A stretch of 52,221 nucleotides of DNA, the filler included, from Sphacelaria rigidula (Eukaryota), in the NCBI GenBank assembly GCA_964200075.2. It is 3 parts of 3 records of this genome, joined end to end, with 100 filler letters (N's around TTAATTAATTAA, not from the genome) between each part and the next. Parts side by side here need not be neighbours in the genome. Positions count along the whole stretch, not along the records: positions 34,884 to 52,221 come from CAXNAA020001107.1; 2 more parts are not named here. One strand, 5' to 3'. The translations under genes and the position numbers were made by a program. The notes below the pieces were generated by a model. The model was not told the origin of the DNA, searched no databases, and saw only the letters and a program-made list of their open reading frames with translations. Shown here piece by piece: positions 39,353 to 52,019 of this stretch (its first letter is position 1; each line of letters opens with the position of its first letter).

Positions 39353-40908
39353 CCTGCTTCACCACCCGGTGGATCCCCACCAGACGATCGCTCCCTGTGG
39401 GTCAATCATTAGCAAAAAACTGAATAAAAAGAAAAGCGGCATCTCTGCGCTTGACAAGATACAACGCAGAGGCTCTCGTGTGTGGGATGACCGCGTATTC
39501 TCTTCACCTGGTTGAGGTTAATGCTGGGGTTAAAATCAAGAGCGGGGTTTCCGCAGGTACTCCCTGAACCGAGGTGTAGAAACTCGTCCACCCCGGTGTG
39601 TTCAAACTACGCGTGCTTTCCACCCATCACGGGCTCAACGCCCTCGTCAGTACGGGTGTGTCGGTACTCTCTCGGTTCATCTGTATACTCAAACCTACAC
39701 ATCGGGTGAGGGTCAGATCCTCCGCCAGCTACTTCAAGAGGACTCGAACGGGTCAACGTATGACGCCAGTGCCGCTCCCGCACGTTCCGAGCTCAAGTCT
39801 CAGGGCGGGCAACTTTTGAGGGGAGGTCTCCTCTGATTCCGCGGAGACTGAGTACCCGTCCTGTTTCACAACAACGAGTCTCGGTGTGCCGCCGCGCGAC
39901 AACTTACACCAGACACCCCTCACCTCTTTCTTCAAAACATGGACACGTGAACATCACTCCTCCGTAAACTCAACGTCACGAGATATGTGTCTTCTTTCGC
40001 GCCAACACACTCTTAATTGAAAAAACGGCCTCTATTGGTCACGCCATGAGCAGACAGAGGCGGTCGCCCAGCAAAAACCGGCGAAGACCGGGGACTTGGC
40101 TGCGCACGAAGCCACACTCAAAATCACCACCGTCGAAGAGGCAGACACATACACACACACACAGCGCGTGCACACGGCAAGACAGCCCTCACTCTGCTCT
40201 CTCACCCTCACGCGTATCCCCGACGGTGCTGTAGTCCAGGAATGGAGCGGACGACCGTGACACGGACAGTTGTTGTGAGGACGCGGGGGGGAATGGGGGT
40301 AAGGGGGGGGGGAGGGGGCGGTTACAACAACAGACGACAGCGTGACGGCTCGTGTTCCATCCTCCTGCGAGCACCTGTCCTCTCACCTGCCGAACGACTC
40401 CCGCCTGACGAAACCATTGGTACATGTTCCCCATCCCTCCTTTATACCCCACGGATCAAAGGTACACGTTTCCCACAGCTTCATGCGGCCTAAATCATAC
40501 GCACATTTTATCCTAGTTCTGCCCTAATTGTGCATCAGCGCCGAGATTGGAATGATTCAGGACTTGGGCATCTCATACCGTCCACGGCACACGTACAACG
40601 AGTTCCGGGTCAAATGTTCGCCTCAGGTCCCGATTTGAGCCCCCAAAGCGCATCTTCTTTCTCCTAGGACACATCGTTCACATGTTTCCGGCTCCCGACC
40701 AAATGCGGTGCATGTATTGTATGCAGTCAAGACACGCCATAGCGGAACTCGGGCTATGATACGACGTTAAAAAAGCCAAAATTACAGCGTTGAACTTCGC
40801 ATCTACGTTCATTGCAGAGAGCGCACAGGTCAATCCGGGTAGGCCCGAGCATCACGGTCTCTCTAGCGGGCACAGAGACACTGCGGGCGCTGCACCCTGC
40901 TTGGGTGT

Positions 40909-41146
40909 TGTGATGCAAAAGAGGACCGCGTGCTCAGGGGATCGCATGATAGTTCGAAACACCTCAGGATCAGCGTTTTTGGAAACAAAATCGGCGTAGT
41001 CCCTGCATGGCCACACCCCTGACCCTGATCCCAACACCGACCGTAACCCCAACACCAACCCTAACCCTAACCTTAACCCCAACCATAGGGTCGTTCAAAT
41101 TCCGATGCGGACCTCTAAGCACGCAGTCCTCTCATCACGCATTACA
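40909..41146 (+). mobile_element. Telomeric-repeat-bearing MITE, copy 4
   Basis: TGTGATGC...GCATTACA; long partly degenerate CCCTAA array; flanks GTGT/GCGT (4 bp, 1 mismatch). Confidence 0.85.
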
Positions 41147-41255
41147 GCGTGTCAAGCACGACCGCCACTCTCTTCACTTGCAACTGTTATGCCCCTGTGG
41201 TGTGTCCACAGCGTCACAACCGAGAAAAACGCCGCGGAACCTCAGCTGTGCGGTT

Positions 41256-41435
41256 TGAAATGCGTGAGAGGACCGCACCGGAATTAAACATCTTCTTGGT
41301 CAAGCTTAGGGTTAGGTTTAGTGTTGGGGTTGTGGTCAGGGGCGTTGTACCTGCAGGGACTGGGGCCCGATGGGTTTTGAAAAACATCGATCCTGAGGGG
41401 TTTCGAACTGCGGCGCGGTCCTCTCACGCATTACA
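41256..41435 (-). mobile_element. Telomeric-repeat-bearing MITE, copy 5
   Basis: TGAAATGCGTGAGAGGACCGC...GCGGTCCTCTCACGCATTACA; 5-bp TSD CGGTT; TTAGGG-type units. Confidence 0.9.
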
Positions 41436-42372
41436 CGGTTGCTCCGCGTGGAGGCGTGTTTCCCAAACTGGATAGCCGGACTTTGTTGCCGTCGCTCGTT
41501 CCGGGCTCCAGAAACCTTTAGACGTCGACCGACCACAACGCTACCGGAACGGTTTTACGTGATGAAGCTTCCATCACGGACATTCGAATTTTTCAATGGA
41601 GGGGTGACAGTCCCGCCCGGAGACATAAACCTCTTCGCGGATCCCAAGAAGTTCAGTATGAAACCAGGAAAACTGCGGAAAACCTGCGTACTGTGTGCCC
41701 ATCTTTTCTCGATTTTCTCTGATATGTTTTTCGTTCCAAGTTCCGAAGAACACGCGAGACCACCTCCGACCTGAAGCGGCTACTTCCACTTCGCCACATA
41801 CTGTAACCCATCTGCCTACCATAGGTAGATCGTGGCCCGATGGTGTGAGCACTACCAGATCATGACCGCTTGGTAACGCAGTGCCGATCGTGATCGGAGC
41901 GAGCGGGATTCGTGATGTTCACGCGATTTTGTCGCCCAATACTCATGGCTCAAACATCCTCGATCCCAGGGGCAAAGCCGGGATTCAACCCCTCCGTGGA
42001 ACGTCTTTTCGTCGCTGCCTTCTTTCCTCGAATCAGGATCACTTGACCTCGTCTTCAGACCGTCATGGTTGGACGGTCAGCGCTCGAATTTTCTCTAGCG
42101 CGGGTACGTTTTGGTCGACATGCCGGATCTTAGAAGCCATCACAGAACAAACCAGACGCCGGGGGAATCCTACAAACCGCCGGGACCACTTTGTATTCAA
42201 AACAACAAAGGAAGCGTGCACACATGCACATTGGCCCAAAAACACTCGCAAATCGCACGTGAACAGAGCAAAACGTGAAATAGCTGCACACCAAACGCAC
42301 ACTATTTTACGGGGTAGTAGTGCACCATGCCGACATTGCAGTCGTCTCAGTGAACCCTACATTCTTGCACAG

Positions 42373-42380
42373 TATATATA

Positions 42381-42411
<31 letters not shown>
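42373..42411. repeat. (TA)n microsatellite
   Basis: Direct reading. Confidence 0.9.
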
Positions 42412-42661
42412 CATGCTGCAATGGCGAAGGGGAGCTGTGTAGAGCCCGTTTTCGCCGCGAGCTTGACTGATGCGCATCACGACCCGTATTTCGCCCAGTT
42501 TCGTCAAACACCGAATTTCGTTCCGAGCCCAGCACATCAGCATTTTGGCTGTCATAAGTCTCTCGACGACACCGTCTTATTTCAAGCCATGGACTGTCTT
42601 GCCCAAACTAACCCATCGGAAGGTTGCCGTGAACAAGCCGAACTATGATATTGAAAGTGAG

Positions 42662-42846
42662 CGTCATGCGTGAGAGGACCGCGGTGGGGACCGCCCGTTG
42701 TTCCGAATAGCTCAGGATCGACGTTTTTCGAAACCAATCGGGTCAGTCCCTGCAGGTACCACGCCCCTGACTCTAACCCAACGCTGACCCTAACCCTAAC
42801 CCTAGGAAGGTTCAAATTCCGATGCGCGGTTCTCTCACACATTACA
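42662..42846 (+). mobile_element. Telomeric-repeat-bearing MITE, copy 6
   Basis: CGTCATGCGTGAGAGGACCGC...CACACATTACA; flanks GTGAG/GCGAG (5 bp, 1 mismatch); CCCTAA units. Confidence 0.85.
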
Positions 42847-42929
42847 GCGAGCACCATTTATTTAGACTATGTATAGGCTGGACCGCCTAAGACGCAGACA
42901 GGGATGTGAACACGCGATTTAACAGCTGA

Positions 42930-43182
42930 GTTTCAGGTCTTTTTCTATGAAATTTTGACACGATGTACAGGACGTATGTACCAAGACGCCACCTTTTCCC
43001 CCATATGCCCTTTTTTTTTTTTCGAGTTATTCACGATTTTATTCCGAAACAAACTGTTCTGAAATGTTTGGTTGTCGATAACTCACGGGGAAAAATTAAA
43101 TAATTTAGAGGGGGAAAGGTGGCGTCTTGGTACACACATCCTGTATATCGCGTCAAAAATTTCATTGAAAACGACCTGAAAC
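42930..43182. mobile_element. ~250-bp foldback MITE with ~73-bp inverted arms
   Basis: GTTTCAGGTC...GTACCAAGACGCCACCTTTTCCCCC pairs with GGGGGAAAGGTGGCGTCTTGGTAC...GACCTGAAAC. Confidence 0.8.
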
Positions 43183-44011
43183 GATGTGTTCACCGCTTGG
43201 TAGGATGAAAAAAGATCTTGGAGTAGTCACGGTGTGTGCAAGTGCTGAAGAGGATAATAATTGTTTTTTTCGCACATGAGCCTGATGTTTGGAACAATAC
43301 CTCTGGCGACATCTGTTCGTCAACAACAGTTGTCACCTCGTTCGTGACAGTCCCGGAAAACTTGCGCCGCTTCTCAGCAAGAGCGAGCACACAGCACACA
43401 CACCCGACGCGCACACGCTCAGTCAATGACACACACACACCCTCAAGCACAAACACACACACAAGGGCATTGTGCAGTATTCCTGCTGCGCCTCGATGTG
43501 CCAAGTCGCTGCAGTGTACCAGCTTGGAGAAGAAGACCTCACTTGATACATACAGTAAGTAGTCTGGCTACATGTGCACGCCTACACTACAGGAGTAGTA
43601 TTTGCGCAGCACACCTCCCGCTGCTGCAATTGTCATGCGGGCGATGTAGCCCGAGGGCAGAGCGACACAGTTCGACACAGCTCGAGAGTCTATGCCAAGG
43701 CTGCATCATTACACCACAGCGAAATTTTGGGCTTGTACCCGGAAGAGGTTGGGCATGGGTAGCAGCTATGGTGTGTAGTTGAGTGAATTCCATGCTGTAC
43801 TGGCGGGAAATCATACCATTCTGGCGGGAATCTACGGCGACAATGGAAGCTCCGTTCTCCGACGAGGAGGCGGGCTTATTGCCGAGGAACTGGACGGGAT
43901 GCCTTCGACCCGTTTTTTTCCGGTCGACACTCAACACGCGGGCTATAGCGCTCATCCTCCGGCAGTATACTCTGTACAATGTACAAAACGACCCCGTTTC
44001 TTCTGCCAGGC

Positions 44012-44240
44012 TGTAATGCGTAAGAGGACCGCGTGCTCAGAGGACCGCGCCGTAGTTCAAAACACCGCAGGATCGACCTTTTCCAAAACCAATCGGGCCA
44101 GTCCCTGCAGGTACCACGCCCCTGACCCTAACCCTAACCCTAACCCTAACCCTAACCCTAACCCTAACCCTAACCCTAACCATAGGGATATGAAAATTCC
44201 GGTGCGGTCCGCTAAGCACGCGGTCCTCTCACGCATTACA
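44012..44240 (+). mobile_element. Telomeric-repeat-bearing MITE, copy 7, with (CCCTAA)9
   Basis: 37-bp TIRs, 4-bp TSD AGGC, nine perfect CCCTAA at 44126-44179. Confidence 0.95.
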
Positions 44241-44916
44241 AGGCTACCATATTGGTCGCCATTAGATTTGGTTGTTCTGAACCGGCACTGGTCGTTAGGG
44301 GCAATCCACGCGGCACTGCATCGGAGATGAGGCAAAACATCGAACCAGACATACGGTTTCTTATATCGGGGATCGAGGAGGGGCTAAGCATGGAGGGAGT
44401 GCGGCCGATCGGACGGTTTATGGGCGGAAGTGGCTGAGGTAGTCACGACAGGAACGGCGGCGAAGGGGCAGGCGGTGACGTACAGTCATGGCTGTGTGCA
44501 AGGTGCAAGGTGCTGGACCAGGCATCACTCCATCCTACGGAGCGTCGTGTGTGCAACCGCCCAAGAGTACCCGAAGAAGGGCATGACCGTGGGGATATGG
44601 GGGGTGGGGGGGGACAACGGGGGGTGGCGGCGGCGGGACCGGCCGTAGACGGGAGTTTGGGGCGGAGATGGGAGCGGGGACGGGCGCAGTGACAGCGGCG
44701 GTAGGGGAGGTGGGCGCGGGAATGGGGGCGGCTGCAGCGGCTGCGGTGGCTGGAGGGTGTATATATCTGTGACGTCTGCATCCGATGCCCTAGGGACAAG
44801 ACTGAATGGAACTCGTGAGTTTACGAGAGCACTGTACAGTTATGCGCGCCCTCTGCTTGTACCACGCTACAGGCGTCATCCGCGGTTAAGGGCCGCTTGC
44901 CTTGTTTGTGTGTACG

Positions 44917-45270
44917 TGTTGTCAACCCATCTATCCTGAACGCCAGTTTACACCTTTCGGTATATGTGGGCGCACTAGCCGGGGTCACACAGGAGGAAGG
45001 TCAACACAGGAGTAGTTTTTTCTTTTTTATTTGTTTTTAGTACTGCACCTCCCTTCTGTGGTGCTTGCCTTTCATTTTTATCGCAAAAGGGGTTCAGCAG
45101 TCCCTTTCCCTCGTCGACCGTTAAGACGAATTTTGTGTACCCACGACATAGTCGCTCTCCACTCTTGGGCATGGTGTGGGATAAAATCCCACATCGCGCC
45201 GAGAGTTGAACCCACGATCCAACCGTCAGAAGGTTCCGAGGTTACCAACTGAACCACCGGCGCGACTGGC
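44917..45270 (-). mobile_element. tRNA-derived SINE (~350 bp)
   Basis: Minus-strand head with A-box TGGTTCAGTTGG and B-box-like GGTTCAACTC; body shared with 22908-23105. Confidence 0.75.
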
Positions 45271-45797
45271 TGTCCAGCTGAAAAATAAACATCACAAGTC
45301 GCTTTTTGACTCGCCCAGAAAAACCCCAAACCATCGTCGAACAAGCTTTACGTGAAAAAATCGGTTCGGAATCGCCTCGAATTGATTTGTTCACCGTGCT
45401 TATGAACTTTTCGTATTTTGTGCTCCTCGCCACTCGATTCCGTTTCGCCGATTCGGGGAGGCAGGGGGGAAGGGGGTGAAGCATAATTTACGACGTTGTT
45501 GAGGCAAAAAAATAACTTGGTTTGACTTGAAAATTTCTTCGCGATAAAAGCTTCAAGATGACCGTCTGGGTTCGACCTGATCTTTGATTGCGAAAAATGC
45601 CGTCGTTGGCGACATATCTACAACACCATAACTGAAACGACAAAAATAAAAACAAGTGCGGGATTCGTCATCTCCGCCCACAACTTAGCCTACAGTAAGT
45701 GTTTAGTTGCGTTTGCCTCTGAAACCCCTAAAACGTCGTGTGAAACGCTACACGTGAAATATCGGTTCGGGATCGCCTCGAGAAAATGTCTTCACGT

Positions 45798-45806
45798 TTG
45801 TTGTGG

Positions 45807-45844
<38 letters not shown>
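45798..45844. repeat. (TTG)n microsatellite
   Basis: Direct reading. Confidence 0.9.
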
Positions 45845-45845
<1 letters not shown>

Positions 45846-48800
45846 TTCATGCTCCTTGGCAGTCGATACTGTGCCGCCTACCATTTCATTTAGGTGGACG
45901 CAGGCGTGTCGTTACCTGTTGATCCAGGGACGTCGACTCTGTTGACTTGAATTTTCCATTGCGAGTAAAAGCCCCAACATTCCCGTCTTTGCTCCACTGC
46001 AGTAAATCTTCGCGATACTCCGATCTCTCTACTAAGTACCCTTCATTGTCTCCAACCGAACGTCACTGCTCTGGCGTACTTGTCTCCAGTTACGCAACCG
46101 AGGCAAAGCTCGTGGATTTCTTCAAGCAACTCTAATCACGTTTGATCTCATGTATCGGAGGCAGCGAGAAGTGTTGGAATTAACTTTTGGAACGCGGGTC
46201 TGCAGCGACATCGGATGCGGAAGGATTTTACACGTCCGGCGCGAGTCAGATCGCGCACATGTTTTTGTGGGGGGCGGAGGGTGGAGGGCGCTAAATATGT
46301 TGTGGAAATCGTCAACCACTAGCTGGTGAGTCGCGTTCAGTTGTCTCTCACGCTGTAATCGCTACAATTTGGGGAAATACCGATCCACGAGCATGCATAC
46401 CAGTGAGGCGTCTGTGTAACGCGTGCGATTCCAAGGAAACAGTTGCCCGCCAATAATCTTCTCGGTGTGACCCCACCCATGGTATAGTGGTCAACCTTTT
46501 AAAAAAGCAGGAAAACAAGGCTGACCGGGGGAATTATAGAGGGATAACGCTACTGAGCACGGTGAGGAAAACATTCCGTAAGGTTCTGGACGATAGAAAC
46601 ACTATATTTGTGGGATTCAGAGGGTAGTTTCAGATTCAGAGTGGATGCTCTAGCTTTTCCAACAGCCAACGTTTTTTGTTTTTTTTGCTTGAGCACACGT
46701 GCTGTGCATGCAGCTACCGTACAGTACCCCATTCGAGGAATTCGGCGGTCTGGTTGGTGAGATACCGCACAAAGTATTTTTACCCCTGGGGGGCATTTCG
46801 GAACTGAAACTGTTTCAGGCACTAATCGGTTTTTCCTGAAAGAGGGGACCTTTTGTTGCAATGGACTGACTATGTCGTTGCGATCAAGTGATGTGTCAAA
46901 TTGATCGTCTAGGTGACAGCTTTCATTGAAGCCACCGCTTCACCAGCTGGGCGCACTACTCGTCGAACTGTGGCGATGTCAAAATCGACGGGAAAGTGGA
47001 TTGTTTCGGGTCTCACTCTGAATCCGATGTTACACTCTGAATCTCACGAATAGTGTTAGTTGCAATATGCCTATATTGTACGCAGCATAAGTTTTCTAAT
47101 GCAAATATTGAGCACACGGACTCCATTGTGCCGGCGAGTCATGCTACAGTACAGTAGGGGGAGGGATATTTTGGACCATTTCTTCCAGGGAATTCCACTT
47201 GAACACGTCGTTGAAAGCAGCAGCGGTTGTTGTTACGAACGCGCTTGTTACCGATATATAACGCTGATTCATGCTGCCTGACACCGTTTTACCCAAGTAC
47301 AAGTGCACCGCGAGTGTGGGCCCTTTTTGTTCGTGGAATCACACTCCTCTCCCCCCCCTCCCTGTGTTGTTGCACGATTCCGACAGTGAAAAATGTTTTC
47401 GCGAAATATGGAGAGTCCAGGGTACGATTGAGAGTGAGAAGCGGTCAATTAATGAATTAAATGTTTCAGTCCTTTCGAAATGCCCCTACACGAGGTCTGA
47501 TAGACATTGTGGAGTAGTAGCTTGCCACTAACTGAAGCCTTTGATATCCCCGAGTAGGATATCGACGCGTAGCTGTAGGCATACGACAGTTTTACTTACA
47601 GGCAAACAAAAAAACACACAGAATGAAAACAAAGGCCAAGTTAGAGCGAACAAGAAAAATCTTAATCAACGCTGAACTCTCTTTCTCATGAAAACATTGT
47701 TAATAAATGCAGCAGGCCCATATCTTACGCCGCCGTATACAGTTTTCCTGTTGCAGCTATAATTGCCCACATTTTGTCAAGTGTGCGTAATACTAGTAGT
47801 ACTGTACGCCACGCCCCGGTCGTAAAACTAGCACGACTGAAATTGACTCGACGGGAAGAGTGCGGGTTCGATACCCGCGAGATGCAGCTGCGTTTTTTTC
47901 TGAGAAAAATCCGATTTCCGTCGTTGAAAAAGCGATAAAAAAATGATGAATAGACGATATAGTCAACCAGAGTCGACGCGGTGCGGAAGTGCTGGTCATG
48001 ATCCAGTACGCAATACCAAATACATGTAAGTCGCGTACAGCGGGTGAGATAAAGCTGATCGCCGTGACCACGGACTCGTACCGAGTAAGGGTATGGGAGG
48101 GTTTGAAGAGACAAAAAAAAAGAAGATGGGCTATTTTTGTACGCTAGCCCGGCGTTAATCTTTGACGGTGTCTTCTCTCATTGATCGATTGGTTAGTTGA
48201 TTGTTCCGAGTCACAAATCCAGTCTCCATCGTTATAGTCACCATATAGATACGCGTTTCTAAAGCAACGTATATCGACAGAAACACTTGCTTGATGACGG
48301 AAAAATTCGAGGAATGGAAAAAAGATGAGAAAGTAAGAACAAAGCCGGCAATAAATATACTGGAAGCAACAAGAACGACGTATTAAAAAAGAAGATTCAT
48401 CGAATAAAATAAAATAAACATGCCTACAGTGCAACCGAGGAAGACGCCACGATGGTTATAGCGAACATGTAGGAGTATCAAGTATATCGGTGATCTCATT
48501 TCAAGATCTAGAAAGAAAAACGGGAGGCTTCAGTCGCGTGGCTGCAGGCAAACGTCGCGGCCGCATAATAACAAAACAACGCGAAACAGCGCAACATGAA
48601 GAGGATCCTGGAAGCAGGGTTGCGACTCAGTTACCCGAGGGCGTTACTATCGGGCAGGATCTTTCACCCACGAGTTCTGCAGGAGCAAGACATGCGCGAA
48701 AAAACACTTTGATAATACTCGTATGTATAATACGGGATTTAAGCAAGACCCAAAACCAACCAAAAACTCTGGTGGGGGGGAGGGGGGGATAAGACGAGAA

Positions 48801-48904
48801 GGACGGAAGGGAGCGAAAGAAAGAGATAAAAACGAAGGGGAAGGTAATGAGAGGAGAAAGAAAGCAGGGAAGAATGGGATCCAGAGGCAAGAAGCACACG
48901 TATG

Positions 48905-49180
48905 CGTAGGCTCGCGATCGATCACCAAGCACAAAGCGCCGTGGTGTACTCGGCGAATCGCATGACGGGTGAGCTGCATCCTAAGATTCTTCTGCCCGAA
49001 GCGTACTGATTATCTTGCATGGGAATGACAACCTCCAATGAGTTGATTAATTTTCTGGTATCGTTACTTCCAGAGACAGCCACGGCCTCCATAAACACCG
49101 CCTCATGGATGTCGCACTATTCAAACACTGCGTAGTATGAGCATCTCCTCTGCGCGAAGTTGATGTTCTCCCGCCCCGCT
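48905..49180 (-). mobile_element. Internal fragment of non-LTR subfamily II
   Basis: Shares TCACCAAGC...TCGCATGA.GGGTGAGCTGCATCCT...CGTACT.ATT with 50970-51120. Confidence 0.6.
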
Positions 49181-49341
49181 AAAGATGTTCTAGCTCGACC
49201 ACCATCGTAATGGTAACGGCAAAAAGAAACGCAAGCACGCAAAAACCCCGAAAAACCTGGTTGCTTCGCTTATTACGCAGTGTGAGGGGCGCGTTTCAGC
49301 GCCATCGCCAACCGACGCCTACCCTCCAAGGGTGGGCTATA

Positions 49342-49466
49342 CGGTAGGGGTGCACCTTTCAGTTCCAGAGTTTCTGAGGCTGCACAAAAGAGCCCAGATG
49401 TTTGTCATCGAGAGGCTCTCAAAGTGCAGAGTCCCACACGAAAAGAAAAAAAGTGCACCCCTACCT
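49342..49466. mobile_element. 125-bp MITE with TA target duplication (Tc1/mariner-type)
   Basis: TA-CGGTAGGGGTGCAC ... GTGCACCCCTACCT-TA. Confidence 0.7.
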
Positions 49467-50868
49467 TAGGACAACCGTTCGGTCGCCGCAAAAGTGAGCG
49501 TGTTTGATGTGACTGGTCGTGAAGAACTGGGATTTCGGTTAATATCAGATAAACCCTGTCTTACAGAGACAAAAAAAAAAGAGGAAAACAAGGACCATCA
49601 TCCCAAAAAGTATGACGTTCATCGGTCACTGGGCGGGTCTATGGTCGCCGTGACCGATCAACATCCTGCTCTTGGACGCTTGCTTCTATTCTCGCATCTT
49701 TTTCTTAGCTCGATAAGACGCGGTCTCAGTCACGCGGCCTCCAGGGCACGGTACTTACTGTACACAATAGCTGTTCATTTTTATCCCCTCGTTTTCGTTT
49801 GATCGTGTGGTGTCGGATTGAAGACTGAGCTTGCTCGTATGTCGTAGTGTTGGCACGTGCGTTCGGCTCATTCATGTGCATCGTCCTGCTTGGAGGATTC
49901 AAACACGCGTCTATGTATGTTGTAAGGAAGAATTACGGTTGTGCGCCGGAATTGACGAGGTGGGGCGCGATCACGCGAAAAAAGCTCCCGAGACGGGAAT
50001 AAAATGGGGTAGTTTTCGCTCTAACACGCCATTGAATTCATCTCCCTGTCATTGCAGCCGCTCCATTGCACTCCCGTCGCGCTACGCATCCCTCTAGCTC
50101 TCCCTTTCCGTCTCTATTGCGTCGCACCCTCAAGCTCTCTCGAGGGAAGACATGATGATCAAGACGTGGTAGGCTCGACCATTGTTTATCTGCCGTGAGC
50201 GTGGGCTGTTTGTCGCGAGGCACTTTACCACAACAAGTCGAAAAAAAAAAAGGCTTGAAAAAAAAAGCCGTTCATGGCCAAAAACAACGAGGGTACGACC
50301 ACCATGGCGCCCGCCAATGATAATGCCTGATTTACCCCGCCTTGTAAAAACAACGTACAACGCACAGCACTTCGAGAAACATCCATCACGCACAAGGACA
50401 CCCCGTATCTCATCTACTTCGAGAAACCACCCTCCCGAAATATGGGTCATGCACCAGAATCTCCCCCCTCCACCCCCCGTCATCCCCCGACCCCGAGCTG
50501 CCGCTACTGCAGCCTGTGCTGCACGATAACAACGTAAAGCGCATATTTTTGTGGTAACAACCATCTTTGCCGAATGGAAGACGACGCAAAAACAGGTGGC
50601 GAACCAAAATAGAGGTGGATACATCATAAAAACAGGGTCATGTACAAAAAAATAGACAGAGTAAGTAACATGCAAGCACGTCATCGATGGGGTGCAGCGC
50701 AAAGCCAGTCGTCTGAGCCCTCGAGAGGAAAATGCCACGATCCACTGCCCTTGCTCATCTGTGTGCGCTTGGAGTAGGCGCGAGGCTCGTCCGTCAGCAC
50801 TTCTCGCATGTCCCCGTTCCACTCTCCCAGCGCGAATCGCGTCTGCGATCCAGGGGGCATACAGACGA

Positions 50869-51120
50869 GGGGGGAAGTGTACTCATGATTTTGCATGCCA
50901 TAGTCATATGGCCTCTGACCTCGCATCCCTACAAAGTCAGGGACGGAGAACGCCGGGTTTTCGCCGGACCAGGCTCGTGGTCAGTCACCAAGCGCGAAGC
51001 GGCGTGATATGTTCCGCGAGTCGCATGAAGGGTGAGCTGCATCCTGCTATGATTGCTCGGCTCAAATCGTACTCATTTCCTTGAATGGGGATGACAGTCT
51101 CTCATAAGTAGCTCAATTTT
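50869..51120 (-). mobile_element. 3' fragment of non-LTR subfamily II
   Basis: Reverse complement ends GGATGCGAGGTCAGAGGCCATATGACTATGGCATGCAAAATCATGAGTAC-ACTT-C6. Confidence 0.65.
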
Positions 51121-51141
51121 CCTCAAGTGGCGACACCAAAC

Positions 51142-51331
51142 GGGGGGCGTATCCATTCGTTGCTTGCCTTAGTTGTTCGACCATTGACCACACATCCCTT
51201 CCGAGACGGGGCACCGTTCCTAGTCCTGATGGAGACATCTCCAGTATTCCGGCGTTCATTACGTTTCTTCCATGTATTACACAAAAACCTTCAGATCTCA
51301 TCCCTTCCCTGGGGGGGGGGGAGGGGGAGGG
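51142..51331 (-). mobile_element. 5'-truncated 3' fragment of non-LTR subfamily I with C-runs on both sides
   Basis: Homologous to 17444-17600; G6 at 51142-51147 and G11-A-G5-A-G3 at 51311-51331 on the plus strand. Confidence 0.75.
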
Positions 51332-52019
51332 TTGAATTATAAACGAACCTTGCACAAATAACGAGAGAGAAAAAAACGGAACAGAACACCCCTCTCTTTT
51401 TGGATGACATGGGCTACTTGATGCCGAAGAGCCAACTCGTGCCGATCGACATACAGGTACTAGAACACTACGACAGAAGTTCAACACTGTGTGTGGATTT
51501 CGCCTTGGTGTGACACTATCAACTGAACTAAAAAACAATCACTTACAAAGATAGCCGACGCCTGAGCGTGCACAATTTTGCAACTACTTCACCTTGCGTG
51601 GGTGTTCATTCAGACGTCGGTCGTTCAAAGCCTGCTAGTTTACACAGATTTCGAAGTGAATGTGCCCGCGACCGAACAAACGAGCAGACAGCTCATGATA
51701 CCCCTCATTTTTGCGCCATGATTTTCTTGTACACACATGTTTTAACGTGCACATCTCCATCATGTTTTCAGTTCGCCACTTTTTTTTTCTTTTGGGGGGG
51801 GGGCGCTTTCGTAGACCACTTTCCGAGGGGTACTTGACAGGGTTACGGAATCAAAGAATCGTTTTGAAACTGTTCCGAAATGACCGTCATCTAGCAGGCA
51901 TTACACACCCTGAAAAAAATCAAATAGTCAAAACGTGCACTGCTCACTGTATCGACTATCGTGTCTTTTGCAATCAACAAAAGATTCCATTCTGCACACC
52001 GCACTTTTTTTATTATATA

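Noticed and set aside
41440-42650. ORFs 41439-41774 and 41881-42648
   Set aside because: No recognisable motifs; the longer ORF reads through a TA microsatellite
44126-44179. (CCCTAA)9 as a true telomere or chromosome-fusion scar, and the PNPNPN/VRVRVR/LGLGLG ORFs
   Set aside because: The array lies inside a TIR- and TSD-bounded MITE; the ORFs are translations of the repeat
44400-44790. Pro/Ala-rich minus-strand stretch
   Set aside because: Low complexity, frame not maintained, no recognisable domain or exon chain
45350-45781. ~30-bp direct repeat ACGTGAAA...TCGGTTCGG.ATCGCCTCGA about 400 bp apart as possible LTRs
   Set aside because: Too short, and no TG...CA ends, PBS or PPT
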